The position numbers and the translations under genes are program-made. From a virus, in IMG/VR virus record IMGVR_UViG_3300042465_006864, positions 32,001 to 96,000 of that record: a DNA stretch of 64,000 nt; one strand, given 5' to 3'. The notes beneath the pieces are model-generated. The model was not told where the DNA came from, ran no database searches, and was given only the letters and a program-made list of their open reading frames with translations. Below are positions 10,375 through 19,385 of this stretch, one piece after another. Numbering within the stretch: position 1 is the stretch's first letter; every line of letters begins with the position of its first letter.

Positions 10375-10799
10375 GAGAAATAAAATTCAGAATTTGGGAT
10401 AATCTAAAAAAAGAGTGGGTGACTAACAAATACATCTGGAGAATGAAAACCGATGTAAACGGTATCGGTGAAATTCATCCACATACATTCTATTGGAAGC
10501 AACATCCACATGGATTGAATTATCAACAATACACTGGTCTGAAAGACAAAAATGGGAAAGACATTTACGAGGGAGATATTGTAAACATTTTAAAAGAGAA
10601 TAAATGTTATCCTGTGAATTTCGGCAATTGTTATGCTTCTGCTGATGACAACTATTGCGGCACAGAGTGTTTTGGATACCATATAGACGGGCAAATTATG
10701 GGATCGCGTGCAAGAAATTGGGGAAATGGAGCATTAATCAGTGAAAATATGGAAGTCATCGGCAACATCTTCGAGAATAGTGAACTTTTAAAACAATGA
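10371..10799 (+). CDS. YopX family protein
   Basis: REIKFRIWD...QYTGLKDKNGKDIYEGDI...EVIGNIFENSELL (TTG start). Confidence 0.9.
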   Translation: MREIKFRIWDNLKKEWVTNKYIWRMKTDVNGIGEIHPHTFYWKQHPHGLNYQQYTGLKDKNGKDIYEGDIVNILKENKCYPVNFGNCYASADDNYCGTECFGYHIDGQIMGSRARNWGNGALISENMEVIGNIFENSELLKQ

Positions 10800-10993
10800 C
10801 AGGCAACGAAACAATCACAATTACAATAGAAGACTCCGATAGAAATATTCGCCTATCCACTCGTTATTCATTTTTGAAAGCAGATGGAGCGGTCATCACA
10901 AAAGGAAAATATCACAATTTAGAACTTGACAATCTGATTGAAAGATTTGATAATTATCGAAGACAAAATAGTCAGAAAAATGAGACCCTCTAA
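10796..10993 (+). CDS. hypothetical protein
   Basis: ATGA overlap. Confidence 0.55.
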   Translation: MTGNETITITIEDSDRNIRLSTRYSFLKADGAVITKGKYHNLELDNLIERFDNYRRQNSQKNETL

Positions 10994-11213
10994 ACAAAGA
11001 CAAAAAGAAGATTTGGAATTAGTCATCGCTGCGATGCGCAAAAACAACTTCCAACCTTACGAAGAAAAACTAAATCCATTTACTGAAGGAGTTCGCAAAG
11101 AAAGATTCGAGCGATACTATCACCGCGAACATAGAAGCTTTATCATTGCAGACAATAACTGGAAAGATTTATGCGAAGTATATGGATACCCTTACGAAAC
11201 ACCAAAACTATGA
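10980..11213 (+). CDS. hypothetical protein
   Basis: ORF; start reassigned to MRPSKQ. Confidence 0.55.
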   Translation: MRPSKQRQKEDLELVIAAMRKNNFQPYEEKLNPFTEGVRKERFERYYHREHRSFIIADNNWKDLCEVYGYPYETPKL

Positions 11214-11346
11214 AATGGCAAGAATACAAAGAACATATGCGCGAAGAGTGGGAATTCCACAAACGCAATCCTGAACTGTTTTTTGTTTGGGCGGCATACG
11301 CAACAGCGATAATCATCGCTCTTTTCTCTGACAATTAATCAACAAA

Positions 11347-11595
11347 ATGAAGCATAAATTTTATTATTACGAATACTCCGACGATGGTGGGCAAACTTGG
11401 ACAATGGGCGACTATCGCCGCTATTTGATGCCCATCATGGAGTTGGTAAGAGAGTGTCCTTATCCATCTCGCGTACTTAATCAAGATGATGAACAAATCA
11501 GTGAAGAAGAAATCCGCGAAACGCTCGAACATATGAAAACAATGGAAACAATTTTTGAAAAAGATATAATTCGCTGGGAGGAAAATATGAAATGA
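11347..11595 (+). CDS. hypothetical protein
   Basis: Operon ORF. Confidence 0.6.
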   Translation: MKHKFYYYEYSDDGGQTWTMGDYRRYLMPIMELVRECPYPSRVLNQDDEQISEEEIRETLEHMKTMETIFEKDIIRWEENMK

Positions 11596-11897
11596 AACAG
11601 CTAACACAATATCGAAAACACGGCAATGATTTTTTATTGATTAAAAGATCAGGCAACGTAGGACTTTTCCAAGAAAAGAAATACAACAGCTATGAAGTAA
11701 TCACCATTCAATCACACAATGGGCGCGAAATCATGGGCAACGTAATTCCTCCAGCAGAATTTGCTCCTAGCGATGAATCTTGGGGATCAAAAGGATGGAC
11801 ATACACAATCGAAGCTGACGCTTTGAAAAAATTTGACGAATTGTGTGAAATTTACTTGACACCTAAGCAAGCAAAACCTACAATACCTGAGACATGA
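11592..11897 (+). CDS. hypothetical protein
   Basis: ATGA overlap; PSDESWGSKGWTY motif. Confidence 0.65.
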   Translation: MKQLTQYRKHGNDFLLIKRSGNVGLFQEKKYNSYEVITIQSHNGREIMGNVIPPAEFAPSDESWGSKGWTYTIEADALKKFDELCEIYLTPKQAKPTIPET

Positions 11898-12580
11898 AAG
11901 AAATTACTACAAACTTATTAATCGCGATGGGTGATACTCATGGAAATTGGGGAGCTTGCATCGAAACTCTACAAGAGTATTATATTCGTGATGCTGTCGT
12001 CCTACACGTAGGAGACGTAGGCATCGGCTTTCTCCCTAAAGAAACACAAGAAGACATTTTAAAATCACTCAACTATGAGCTAGCAGAAAGAAATGTTAGA
12101 ATGTTTTGCATCAGAGGAAATCATGATGACCCACAATACTTTTCGGGCGAGTATGAATACTCCAACATTGTTCTTCTTGCTGATTACTCAAAAATGCTAA
12201 TTAACGGCAAAAAGTTTTTGTTTGTTGGTGGGGCGATTAGCATTGATCGCATCATGCGAACTCCTAATAAGTCGTGGTGGTCAGACGAAGTATTTGTTTT
12301 GGATGAGTCTCGCGCCGAAAAGTGTGACGTTCTTATCTCTCATACCGCTCCAAATTGGATTGGTCCAATCGACAAAATTGGAATTGGTTGGTATACAGAG
12401 CGTGATCCCAATTTGTGGGAAGAGTGTTGCGCAGAAAGATTAGCGATGAATCGTTTGATTGAAATCACAGAACCAGATCAACATTTTTGCGGTCATTTCC
12501 ATCGCAGTCAATCAGCAGTAAACGACAAATGCATTAGTCGTATTTTAAATGAGAATGAAATTTGCGAAATAATTTTGTAA
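11894..12580 (+). CDS. calcineurin-like metallophosphoesterase
   Basis: GDTHG, VGDVG, RGNHD, SHTAP and GHFH motifs. Confidence 0.9.
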   Translation: MKEITTNLLIAMGDTHGNWGACIETLQEYYIRDAVVLHVGDVGIGFLPKETQEDILKSLNYELAERNVRMFCIRGNHDDPQYFSGEYEYSNIVLLADYSKMLINGKKFLFVGGAISIDRIMRTPNKSWWSDEVFVLDESRAEKCDVLISHTAPNWIGPIDKIGIGWYTERDPNLWEECCAERLAMNRLIEITEPDQHFCGHFHRSQSAVNDKCISRILNENEICEIIL

Positions 12581-12717
12581 AAAATAAAAATGGAAAACCT
12601 TCCAAAAAAAGTGTATTATAATTCAGATGAACTATTATCCGACAAATGAACAACCACAAAACACATCCATTCGGGTGCGGTAAAGGTTTTTATTTGATAG
12701 CTTATCTTATATAACTC

Positions 12718-12745
12718 ACCTCATCCTAACAAGATGGGGTTTTTT
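12718..12745 (+). terminator. intrinsic terminator upstream of the tRNA cluster
   Basis: ACCTCATC-7nt-GATGGGGT followed by a T run. Confidence 0.6.
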
Positions 12746-12764
12746 ATTGCTTAAAATTCCAAAT

Positions 12765-12836
12765 GTTCGCATAGTGAAGCGGTTATCACTCTGAGCTTTC
12801 TACTCAGCATCACGGGTTCGAGTCCCGTTGCGAATA
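12765..12836 (+). tRNA. trnE: tRNA-Glu(TTC)
   Basis: Cloverleaf; anticodon arm CTGAG-CTTTCTA-CTCAG; GGTTCGAGTCC T-loop. Confidence 0.85.
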
Positions 12837-12842
12837 CTTTTT

Positions 12843-12926
12843 GCCGCGATCCCTTAGTGGTCGATAGGACTTGCCTTGTAAGCAAGATGCTTATGCACAT
12901 CGTCAGTTCGAATCTGACTCGCGGCT
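12843..12926 (+). tRNA. trnT: tRNA-Thr(TGT) with long variable arm
   Basis: Acceptor GCCGCGA/TCGCGGC; anticodon arm CTTGC-CTTGTAA-GCAAG; T-arm GTCAG-TTCGAAT-CTGAC. Confidence 0.8.
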
Positions 12927-12977
12927 CATTTTGAAAAATATAGAGTTGAAATAAAGCGAAAAAAAATAAATATTAAC

Positions 12978-13412
12978 ATGAAGCAAAATCATATCAATAA
13001 AATAACTGATGAAGAGTTAATATCTGAATATAATAAAAATCCACATCTTGGTAAAATGTCACATAATTTACGATTACCTATAATTACAATTTGGAGGAGG
13101 CTTAGTAAATTGGGTTATAATTGTTCTTCTCCTAAAAACATTAATAAAATTATACCATTAAATGAAATATTACAAGGTCTGCATCCATATTATCAAACAT
13201 TTAAATTAAATAAACGAATTTTAAAAGAAAAAATACTGGAAAATATATGTGATGTTTGTAAAACATCCGAATGGAATAATAAACCAATCTCTTTGCATTT
13301 GGATCATATAAATGGCATTTCAACTGATCATAGGTTAAAAAATTTAAGATTTTTATGTCCAAATTGTCACTCACAAACAGAAACATATTGCGGAAAAAAT
13401 AAAAAGTGTTAG
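12978..13412 (+). CDS. HNH homing endonuclease
   Basis: CDVC...LHLDHING...HRLKNLRFLCPNCHSQT. Confidence 0.9.
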   Translation: MKQNHINKITDEELISEYNKNPHLGKMSHNLRLPIITIWRRLSKLGYNCSSPKNINKIIPLNEILQGLHPYYQTFKLNKRILKEKILENICDVCKTSEWNNKPISLHLDHINGISTDHRLKNLRFLCPNCHSQTETYCGKNKKC

Positions 13413-13492
13413 CTCCAATGACGGTGAATTGGGGCGGGCTGTAAACCCGTTGCCTTCGGGCTGAGTAGGTTCGAATCCTATCTGACACACCA
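13406..13492 (+). tRNA. trnY: tRNA-Tyr(GTA)
   Basis: Anticodon arm GCGGG-CTGTAAA-CCCGT, long V-arm with TTCG loop, ends ACCA. Confidence 0.85.
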
Positions 13493-13497
13493 TATAT

Positions 13498-13575
13498 CTA
13501 GTCGTGGTGGAGCGGTCTAACACACCTGCTTTGGAAGCAGGAACAACGCAGGTTCAAATCCTGCCGACTAGACCA
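13498..13575 (+). tRNA. trnP: tRNA-Pro(TGG)
   Basis: Acceptor CTAGTCG/CGACTAG; anticodon arm CCTGC-TTTGGAA-GCAGG; ends ACCA. Confidence 0.9.
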
Positions 13576-13578
13576 AAT

Positions 13579-13652
13579 TGGACATTAGTGTAATGGTAAC
13601 ACCCAACTCTTTGAAAGTTGTATTGCTGGTTCGAGTCCAGCATGTCCTACCA
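13579..13652 (+). tRNA. trnQ: tRNA-Gln(TTG)
   Basis: Anticodon arm CAACT-CTTTGAA-AGTTG; GGTTCGAGTCC; ends ACCA. Confidence 0.9.
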
Positions 13653-13670
13653 ATTTTTTAATCAAATAAA

Positions 13671-15017
13671 TTATCTACTAACTTCTTCCCAATCTAACGA
13701 AGCGAGAATTTTAGCTGGACTTCCACCAGTAGCAGTGCCAGCAGATACGACTAATGACAGTTCGAAAGGCGAGTTAGTTAATCCATTTCTTTCTAATTGG
13801 AATTTAAAAAGAGCCTCCTTTAAAATATCTAAAGATGGACTTGATTGATTTGTTTGGTTAATGAATCCAGCGGCGAGTATTCTACCTCCAGAAATACTTG
13901 TTGCATCTTGTTTATATTCTACCGCAGAATTCGCACCAGCAGAAATCCAATTACCAGTTCCTCCGCTTGTAGTTCCACTTGCAATTATTTTCCATTTAAA
14001 ATTGCCAGTTGTTGTTGGAAGCAGCGAAAGCGCAGTTAAGATGACAATAGCGTCTAATCTTGTTGATTTCAATTTAATGGTGATAACTGGATAGTCAGTA
14101 TTAGTAGTTGTGATTAAATCATAAGGAACTGTAACATCGGTGCTTATAGCTTGTTGAAGACCTCTGAGTTCATAACCACCTTCTGAAATTACAGAAGAGC
14201 ATATTTGTTTTAGCTTACTAGCGCCAGAAGTTGCGGCAGTATTTGCTATTTCATATCTAAGCGGCAAACAAGCGGTGGTAATGTAAGTCGATTCGATGAT
14301 GTTGGCGTGGTGAAAAGTGTGGCATAAAATAAATTTGCCGTCGATAACAAATCCCATCCTCACCGAACCAAGACCCAACCATTCTACATCCATCCACAAA
14401 ATTTGCGCTTTGCTTATGTCTAAAGTAATTCCAGATGCGCCAGTTCCATCTAGTTTATCTCCGTTCCAAGATGATTGTGACACTCTTGTTTCTGTTGCTG
14501 GACTGCCATTAACCAATGAGCGTTCAACAAAATTCAATGTCGAATCCACAAGCTCCAAATACATTCCATTGTCAGCACCAAAATAACCTACTCTTTGTCT
14601 AAGATTAGTTTTCGCGGGAGACATTACAAAAGTGTTTAAGTTAAGTAAACTTTTTCCTGGCTGATAAGCGAAAACTTTTGTTGTTTCTCTAGTAACGAAT
14701 GAACCAGAAGCGTTTGTTACATTCATTTCAATTAGTCCTTGATTTTGATTGAATGAGCCGCTGCCGCTAACTCCACTTGCCATTGACCAAAGATTGTTGT
14801 CGGCGTATCTGTGGCTTGAATCAAATAGCGTAAGTGGAGAAGAGGTTCTCATGCGACCAAACGCATCAAAAGCGGTCGAGCTGGCAGAATTAGAAAAACT
14901 CAAGTCTTGTTGTTCTAAAGGTCTATAATTATCATTTGTTCTGTCATATATGAATGCAATATTTCCAGCAGTATGTGATAATTGAGCAAGGTTTTGAAAA
15001 GTGTATTGATCCGCCAT
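13671..15017 (-). CDS. putative virion structural protein
   Basis: 448 aa, S/T/G-rich; DAFGRMRTSSPLTLFD and YQPGKS motifs resemble aquatic-phage virion proteins; GTGTAA 8 nt upstream. Confidence 0.7.
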   Translation of the reverse strand: MADQYTFQNLAQLSHTAGNIAFIYDRTNDNYRPLEQQDLSFSNSASSTAFDAFGRMRTSSPLTLFDSSHRYADNNLWSMASGVSGSGSFNQNQGLIEMNVTNASGSFVTRETTKVFAYQPGKSLLNLNTFVMSPAKTNLRQRVGYFGADNGMYLELVDSTLNFVERSLVNGSPATETRVSQSSWNGDKLDGTGASGITLDISKAQILWMDVEWLGLGSVRMGFVIDGKFILCHTFHHANIIESTYITTACLPLRYEIANTAATSGASKLKQICSSVISEGGYELRGLQQAISTDVTVPYDLITTTNTDYPVITIKLKSTRLDAIVILTALSLLPTTTGNFKWKIIASGTTSGGTGNWISAGANSAVEYKQDATSISGGRILAAGFINQTNQSSPSLDILKEALFKFQLERNGLTNSPFELSLVVSAGTATGGSPAKILASLDWEEVSR

Positions 15018-15132
15018 GTATTTAGTTACACTTTTAATTGTGGGAGTTTTTTAGAATTTTTTGTATTCTAAAAGTAAACAATCGTAAAAAAAAAGTTGAC
15101 AAACCATTCCACAAACGCTATTCTTCTCGCGC

Positions 15133-15537
15133 ATGAAAGCTTATCAACAAATTTTGGAAAAATCTAATCGCGACCGCTACAAGAAAGTCGGCAAGAAATA
15201 TGTTCTCTGCAACGACTTCGATGCCTACGAAGGATTAGAAAAAGGCTTCTGGTTGGTGAATGTGCGTGAAGGTTGCACTTCTATCAAGAAAATGGTTTAT
15301 CCTGCGAACGCAGAAATCGCCGCCGCCGCAAAACGAAAAGAAGAAAAACTTCTTGATATTATTCGTGAGGCTTCTGAGGCTCGACCAAGTAAACTTCCTA
15401 TTTCTCCAGAGGCTCTCGCTGATTGGAACACATTTATCGCAAAACATGGAGAAGAGTTTTCAATGCTGCAATATCCTTCGTGGCAGGAGAATGCTGAAAA
15501 AATCGTCAAAATACTTCTTGACAAAGAAGATTATTAA
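15133..15537 (+). CDS. hypothetical protein
   Basis: ORF after TTGACA-17-TATTCT. Confidence 0.7.
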   Translation: MKAYQQILEKSNRDRYKKVGKKYVLCNDFDAYEGLEKGFWLVNVREGCTSIKKMVYPANAEIAAAAKRKEEKLLDIIREASEARPSKLPISPEALADWNTFIAKHGEEFSMLQYPSWQENAEKIVKILLDKEDY

Positions 15538-15569
15538 TGGCAATCTTTCCCCGCAACAATAACTGACAT

Positions 15570-15905
15570 ATGACAGAAGAACAAATCGAATTCATTAAAA
15601 AATATTTCTTCAAAAACGAAGAATACGCTGGTTGGGACAATATCGCAACAAGACTTCTTCAAGAAGGTTCGTGTATTGTAGCTGGCAGTAGTAAACTTTG
15701 GCATGGTGGTATTGGAAACTTTATCAAATGCGTCCCTGCTGAAAATGCCATCGGTTGTTCTCTACTAACATTCGATAAAGATTCATTTTTACAATCGGTA
15801 TGGTTCAAAGAGCAAGCAGGTTCTCATATCAAAGCATTAGGACATCAAATCGGCGCTTTAAAGGTTCAGCAATATGCAATTGAACGCTTAGTAGAAAAAA
15901 AATAA
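15570..15905 (+). CDS. hypothetical protein
   Basis: ORF with upstream TTGACA. Confidence 0.65.
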   Translation: MTEEQIEFIKKYFFKNEEYAGWDNIATRLLQEGSCIVAGSSKLWHGGIGNFIKCVPAENAIGCSLLTFDKDSFLQSVWFKEQAGSHIKALGHQIGALKVQQYAIERLVEKK

Positions 15906-15944
15906 CTTTTTAAAAGCAAACAAAAATACAAAAACACCCAAAAC

Positions 15945-16178
15945 ATGAACATTGACTTCGACAACATAAAACCTATCGACGAAATGAGCGATTGGCAGCG
16001 CGAAAGCGCAATACATTCTGCTCGTTACATTCTGGAAGATGTGAGCATGGAGAAATTGGCAGAAATTACTGGTCTTCCCATGGGTGTGATTTCAGCAGCA
16101 TTCAAAATTATTTTCGTATCGAAAGATGCGGTGGATGAACCGAAGAGAACGACAAGACCAATTAGAATTAAAAAATAA
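15945..16178 (+). CDS. hypothetical protein, possible HTH
   Basis: SMEKLAEITGLPMGVIS resembles a helix-turn-helix. Confidence 0.55.
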   Translation: MNIDFDNIKPIDEMSDWQRESAIHSARYILEDVSMEKLAEITGLPMGVISAAFKIIFVSKDAVDEPKRTTRPIRIKK

Positions 16179-16186
16179 AAACAAAC

Positions 16187-16348
16187 ATGAATAAAAACAC
16201 TCGTCAAAGTAGAAACGCTGGCTTCGCTAGCAAAAAAGACCAAAACAACAACGGCACAAAAGTATTCAAAGGTAGTTGTTGCGATACAGCATGGGACGCT
16301 CCTGCTAGCAAACATCGCAGCCGCAAAGTTTACAAGAAGCCACAGTAA
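16187..16348 (+). CDS. small basic protein (53 aa)
   Basis: Manual translation MNKNTRQSRNAGFASKK...KHRSRKVYKKPQ; below the ORF-track cutoff. Confidence 0.55.
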   Translation: MNKNTRQSRNAGFASKKDQNNNGTKVFKGSCCDTAWDAPASKHRSRKVYKKPQ

Positions 16349-16354
16349 AAAGCT

Positions 16355-16539
16355 TTCGCTTCGGCAGTATAAATAAATGACCAGAGCCTCCCTCTACTAT
16401 TCACTTAGCACGGAGACTGGTGGGATCGAGAAATAGAGCCTTCGGGTGCGCGGATAAAGTCAGTAATGACAGGCAGTAATTCTATTCTCCCTAAAACTCG
16501 TATATTGAAAAGGTAGTGCGCAGACCGTTCCGAAGCGGA
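16355..16539 (+). ncRNA. putative structured ncRNA, family unknown
   Basis: Intergenic; 10-bp closing stem TTCGCTTCGG/CCGAAGCGGA; internal GCC-TTCG-GGT and GTCA-GTAA-TGAC tetraloop hairpins. Confidence 0.55.
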
Positions 16540-16573
16540 TTTTTAATCAATAAATTATAAATATAATTTCATC

Positions 16574-16948
16574 ATGAACGAACAACAAAAAGAAAACCTC
16601 AAATTGGGAATCAAAGCTTTACGCGAAAATCCCTTAAAAGCAAAAGATCAAATGCGCGACTCATTTGGGGGACGATGCTGTCTCTGTGTCTTGTCAGAAG
16701 TGGCAGAAGATATTCAGGGTGTTCCTCGCGGAACTTTCACGTATCGCGAACCTTATGGACAATATGATATAACACCAACAAGCGATCTTGCCGAAATCTT
16801 CGGATTGCATAATGAATCTAGTTCAGGACAATTCAACTTTGTGATTAATAATAAGATGGCATCTATGTGGAATGATGGTTGCGGTTATACAAATGCAGTA
16901 TCTCATGCGGAAATTGCTGATATGATCGAAAAAGAATTTCTAAGCTAA
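16574..16948 (+). CDS. hypothetical protein
   Basis: RCCLCVL and WND...SHAEIADMIE motifs of a recurrent phage family. Confidence 0.7.
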   Translation: MNEQQKENLKLGIKALRENPLKAKDQMRDSFGGRCCLCVLSEVAEDIQGVPRGTFTYREPYGQYDITPTSDLAEIFGLHNESSSGQFNFVINNKMASMWNDGCGYTNAVSHAEIADMIEKEFLS

Positions 16949-16952
16949 AAAA

Positions 16953-17519
16953 TTATGTATTTAAAAGAACAGTAATTGCTATATTATCAGAACTTGTTAT
17001 CTCATCATAAACAATTGTAAAGCTAAAAGGACTTGTTTTTGTTCCATTGTTAAAAGTTATATTTGATATTTTTAATTCACTACCCGAAGACGCTTGCATA
17101 TCATCTATATCTGATGTGGTTGATGTTAATGTTCCACTGATGGTAGCATTACTCGATAAAACAAGTTGTGGTATTTCTGAAAATGAAAATGTAGCACCTG
17201 CTGATATATTTTTTGATATGCCATTGATAGTTACTGTAACTCCAGCAGTTGGGCAAGAAAATGATAAATTGACGCTTTTGGCTGCTGCAATAGAATTACC
17301 TGTAAATCTTCTACCTCCATCAAATGGGCTTACATATAAACCAGTTGGTTGATTTAGTCTTTCAATTTTTTTATTGTATTCTCTGATTAGGTGATCGTTG
17401 AAATCTTCTTTAGAAGTTGCGGCATCATACAGTGATTTAATTTCTCCTCTATATCCAGACCAAATAGCTAGTCCAGTAGTGTAATCAGAATGTATTTCAG
17501 CTTGAAGATTTCTCGGCAT
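16953..17519 (-). CDS. putative virion-associated protein
   Basis: Start reassigned to MPRNLQ, with GTGTAA 8 nt upstream; S/T-rich beta-type C-terminus. Confidence 0.6.
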   Translation of the reverse strand: MPRNLQAEIHSDYTTGLAIWSGYRGEIKSLYDAATSKEDFNDHLIREYNKKIERLNQPTGLYVSPFDGGRRFTGNSIAAAKSVNLSFSCPTAGVTVTINGISKNISAGATFSFSEIPQLVLSSNATISGTLTSTTSDIDDMQASSGSELKISNITFNNGTKTSPFSFTIVYDEITSSDNIAITVLLNT

Positions 17520-17584
17520 GTTACTTTTTACACCCAAAAAACCTTGACAATCATTCCCAAAAACAATAAAAATCTTAACACGAA

Positions 17585-17977
17585 ATGAAACGATCAATCC
17601 TATTAAAAAAGTATAAAAAATCCCTACATCGTCAAGTAGTTATTAGAAAAGCTTTTGATAATGCGTGGGATAACGCACAAAACACGACTCTTTTGTCTGT
17701 TTTATCAATCATTACGCCGCTTTATCCACTCTTCAAGAGTGAGTTGAGCTATCTCAAACTTCTCAACAAAATCAACAAAGAAACATGTGATGACCGATCA
17801 GGCGAAGAAACTTATGGATATGAATCGGAGCAATCTGTTTTGTATGATTTGAGCTACATTAGTGATCGGTGGATTTGTGAGTTTCGCTTGCAGTGGTTGA
17901 TTGATCTGATTGATAAACACAATGATGGAACTCTTGTGCCAAACTTTATCCCAGAAACTAATTCATCTGATGATTAA
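17585..17977 (+). CDS. hypothetical protein
   Basis: ORF with upstream TTGACA. Confidence 0.6.
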   Translation: MKRSILLKKYKKSLHRQVVIRKAFDNAWDNAQNTTLLSVLSIITPLYPLFKSELSYLKLLNKINKETCDDRSGEETYGYESEQSVLYDLSYISDRWICEFRLQWLIDLIDKHNDGTLVPNFIPETNSSDD

Positions 17978-18455
17978 AACATACACAGCGCCAATCACTC
18001 ATCTTGAAGACGATGAGGTGTTTGCATTTGGAGCAAACGAACAGGGCTTCCATGGCGGCGGAGCGGCAGGATATGCATCTTTTGGCGGAACGGGCAACCT
18101 TTGGCGCTCCTACAACTATCATGAACTGCCTGATGGCTGGAAAGGAAAGTGGAACGTCAAAGGCAAAATTGGTCCACAGCAAGGCACAGAGGGCAAATCA
18201 TTCGCACTTGTCACTGTAACAAGACCTGGGGCAAGAAAAAGTATCAAAGTTGACTTTAAACCACTTTTTGAATGTTGTCATCGCAATCCACAGTGGAAAT
18301 TCTACTACGCGCAATCAGGAGAAAAAGGATTAAACGGTTGGACTCCACATGAAATGGCGCAATTCGTAGTAGATAGTGGCGCGATACCTGATAATTTGTA
18401 TTTTGATGCCACTTTCGCGCCATTTATAATCGACAAACTTAAAAAAAATGAATAA
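17970..18455 (+). CDS. macro-domain-like phage protein
   Basis: EVFAFGANEQGFHGGGAAGYA motif. Confidence 0.65.
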   Translation: MIKTYTAPITHLEDDEVFAFGANEQGFHGGGAAGYASFGGTGNLWRSYNYHELPDGWKGKWNVKGKIGPQQGTEGKSFALVTVTRPGARKSIKVDFKPLFECCHRNPQWKFYYAQSGEKGLNGWTPHEMAQFVVDSGAIPDNLYFDATFAPFIIDKLKKNE

Positions 18456-18771
18456 AAAAGAAATAATCCAAGAAGAACTGGCAAAAATGGTAGAAACCAA
18501 GTCAAAAAAACCGTGCCGAATCAAGTATAAAGATCAATTTTTGATTACCAGCACAAAAAAGACTGTTTGGAAGACGCTAGGTGCGGCAAAAAATGCGTTA
18601 CGGCATCATTTTGGCAATAGAGCAACAGCTTATTCCCGTGGCTATAACAGCTATCAAGAATATTATAAAAGCGTTGGCAAAACACAACCTTATAGCTACA
18701 GCGAAGTCAAGCAAAGAGAAAAAGAATTCTTTGATGCTTTATATGAAGAGGTGGAATTTGTTTTTGTGTGA
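18448..18771 (+). CDS. hypothetical protein
   Basis: Overlapping operon ORF. Confidence 0.65.
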   Translation: MNKKEIIQEELAKMVETKSKKPCRIKYKDQFLITSTKKTVWKTLGAAKNALRHHFGNRATAYSRGYNSYQEYYKSVGKTQPYSYSEVKQREKEFFDALYEEVEFVFV

Positions 18772-18822
18772 AAAATAACTTGACAACCCGCAAAAAATCT
18801 CGTAAATTGTCGCCGCAATAAT

Positions 18823-19017
18823 ATGAAACCAATCAAAGGAAAAACATATCGCCTAAAAGATGGAGATCGGATTTTAAGAGGCATTTATTCTGGTGAGGAA
18901 GATGGTTCTCCCACTATTTATAAATTTTTTATTTTCGATGATACTGATGATCGTAAATGGTTTTCAGAATCTGAAATCATCGAAGAAATACTTGAATTGC
19001 AAAAAATTATAAAATAA
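18823..19017 (+). CDS. hypothetical protein
   Basis: ORF after TTGACA-17-TAAATT. Confidence 0.6.
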   Translation: MKPIKGKTYRLKDGDRILRGIYSGEEDGSPTIYKFFIFDDTDDRKWFSESEIIEEILELQKIIK

Positions 19018-19022
19018 AAAAT

Positions 19023-19340
19023 ATGAGAACAAAACAATTTGAATTAAACAACAGCAGCATTGCTTATGGCGAGTCAATTGAAGGGTTGATTAAGACTCTT
19101 GAGAGCCTTAACGAACGAGCAAAGGAGCAAGGAGCAATTAGCACATCTATTTATTTCTTTCCAGGAAGCGATGGGTATATAGATATTTACGGCACTCGAT
19201 ACATGACACCTGAAGAGATTGCAAAAGCTGAAGCAGACGATGCAGTCAGAAACCAAAAACAACTTGACTACGAGCGCAGACAATACGAAGCTCTTAGAGC
19301 AAAATTCGAAACAACAAAAAACGCAGACAATCAAAAATAA
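19023..19340 (+). CDS. hypothetical protein
   Basis: Operon ORF. Confidence 0.65.
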   Translation: MRTKQFELNNSSIAYGESIEGLIKTLESLNERAKEQGAISTSIYFFPGSDGYIDIYGTRYMTPEEIAKAEADDAVRNQKQLDYERRQYEALRAKFETTKNADNQK

Positions 19341-19385
19341 ATATTGACAAACTTCACAGTTTAGATACAGTTCGTTTAGCACATT

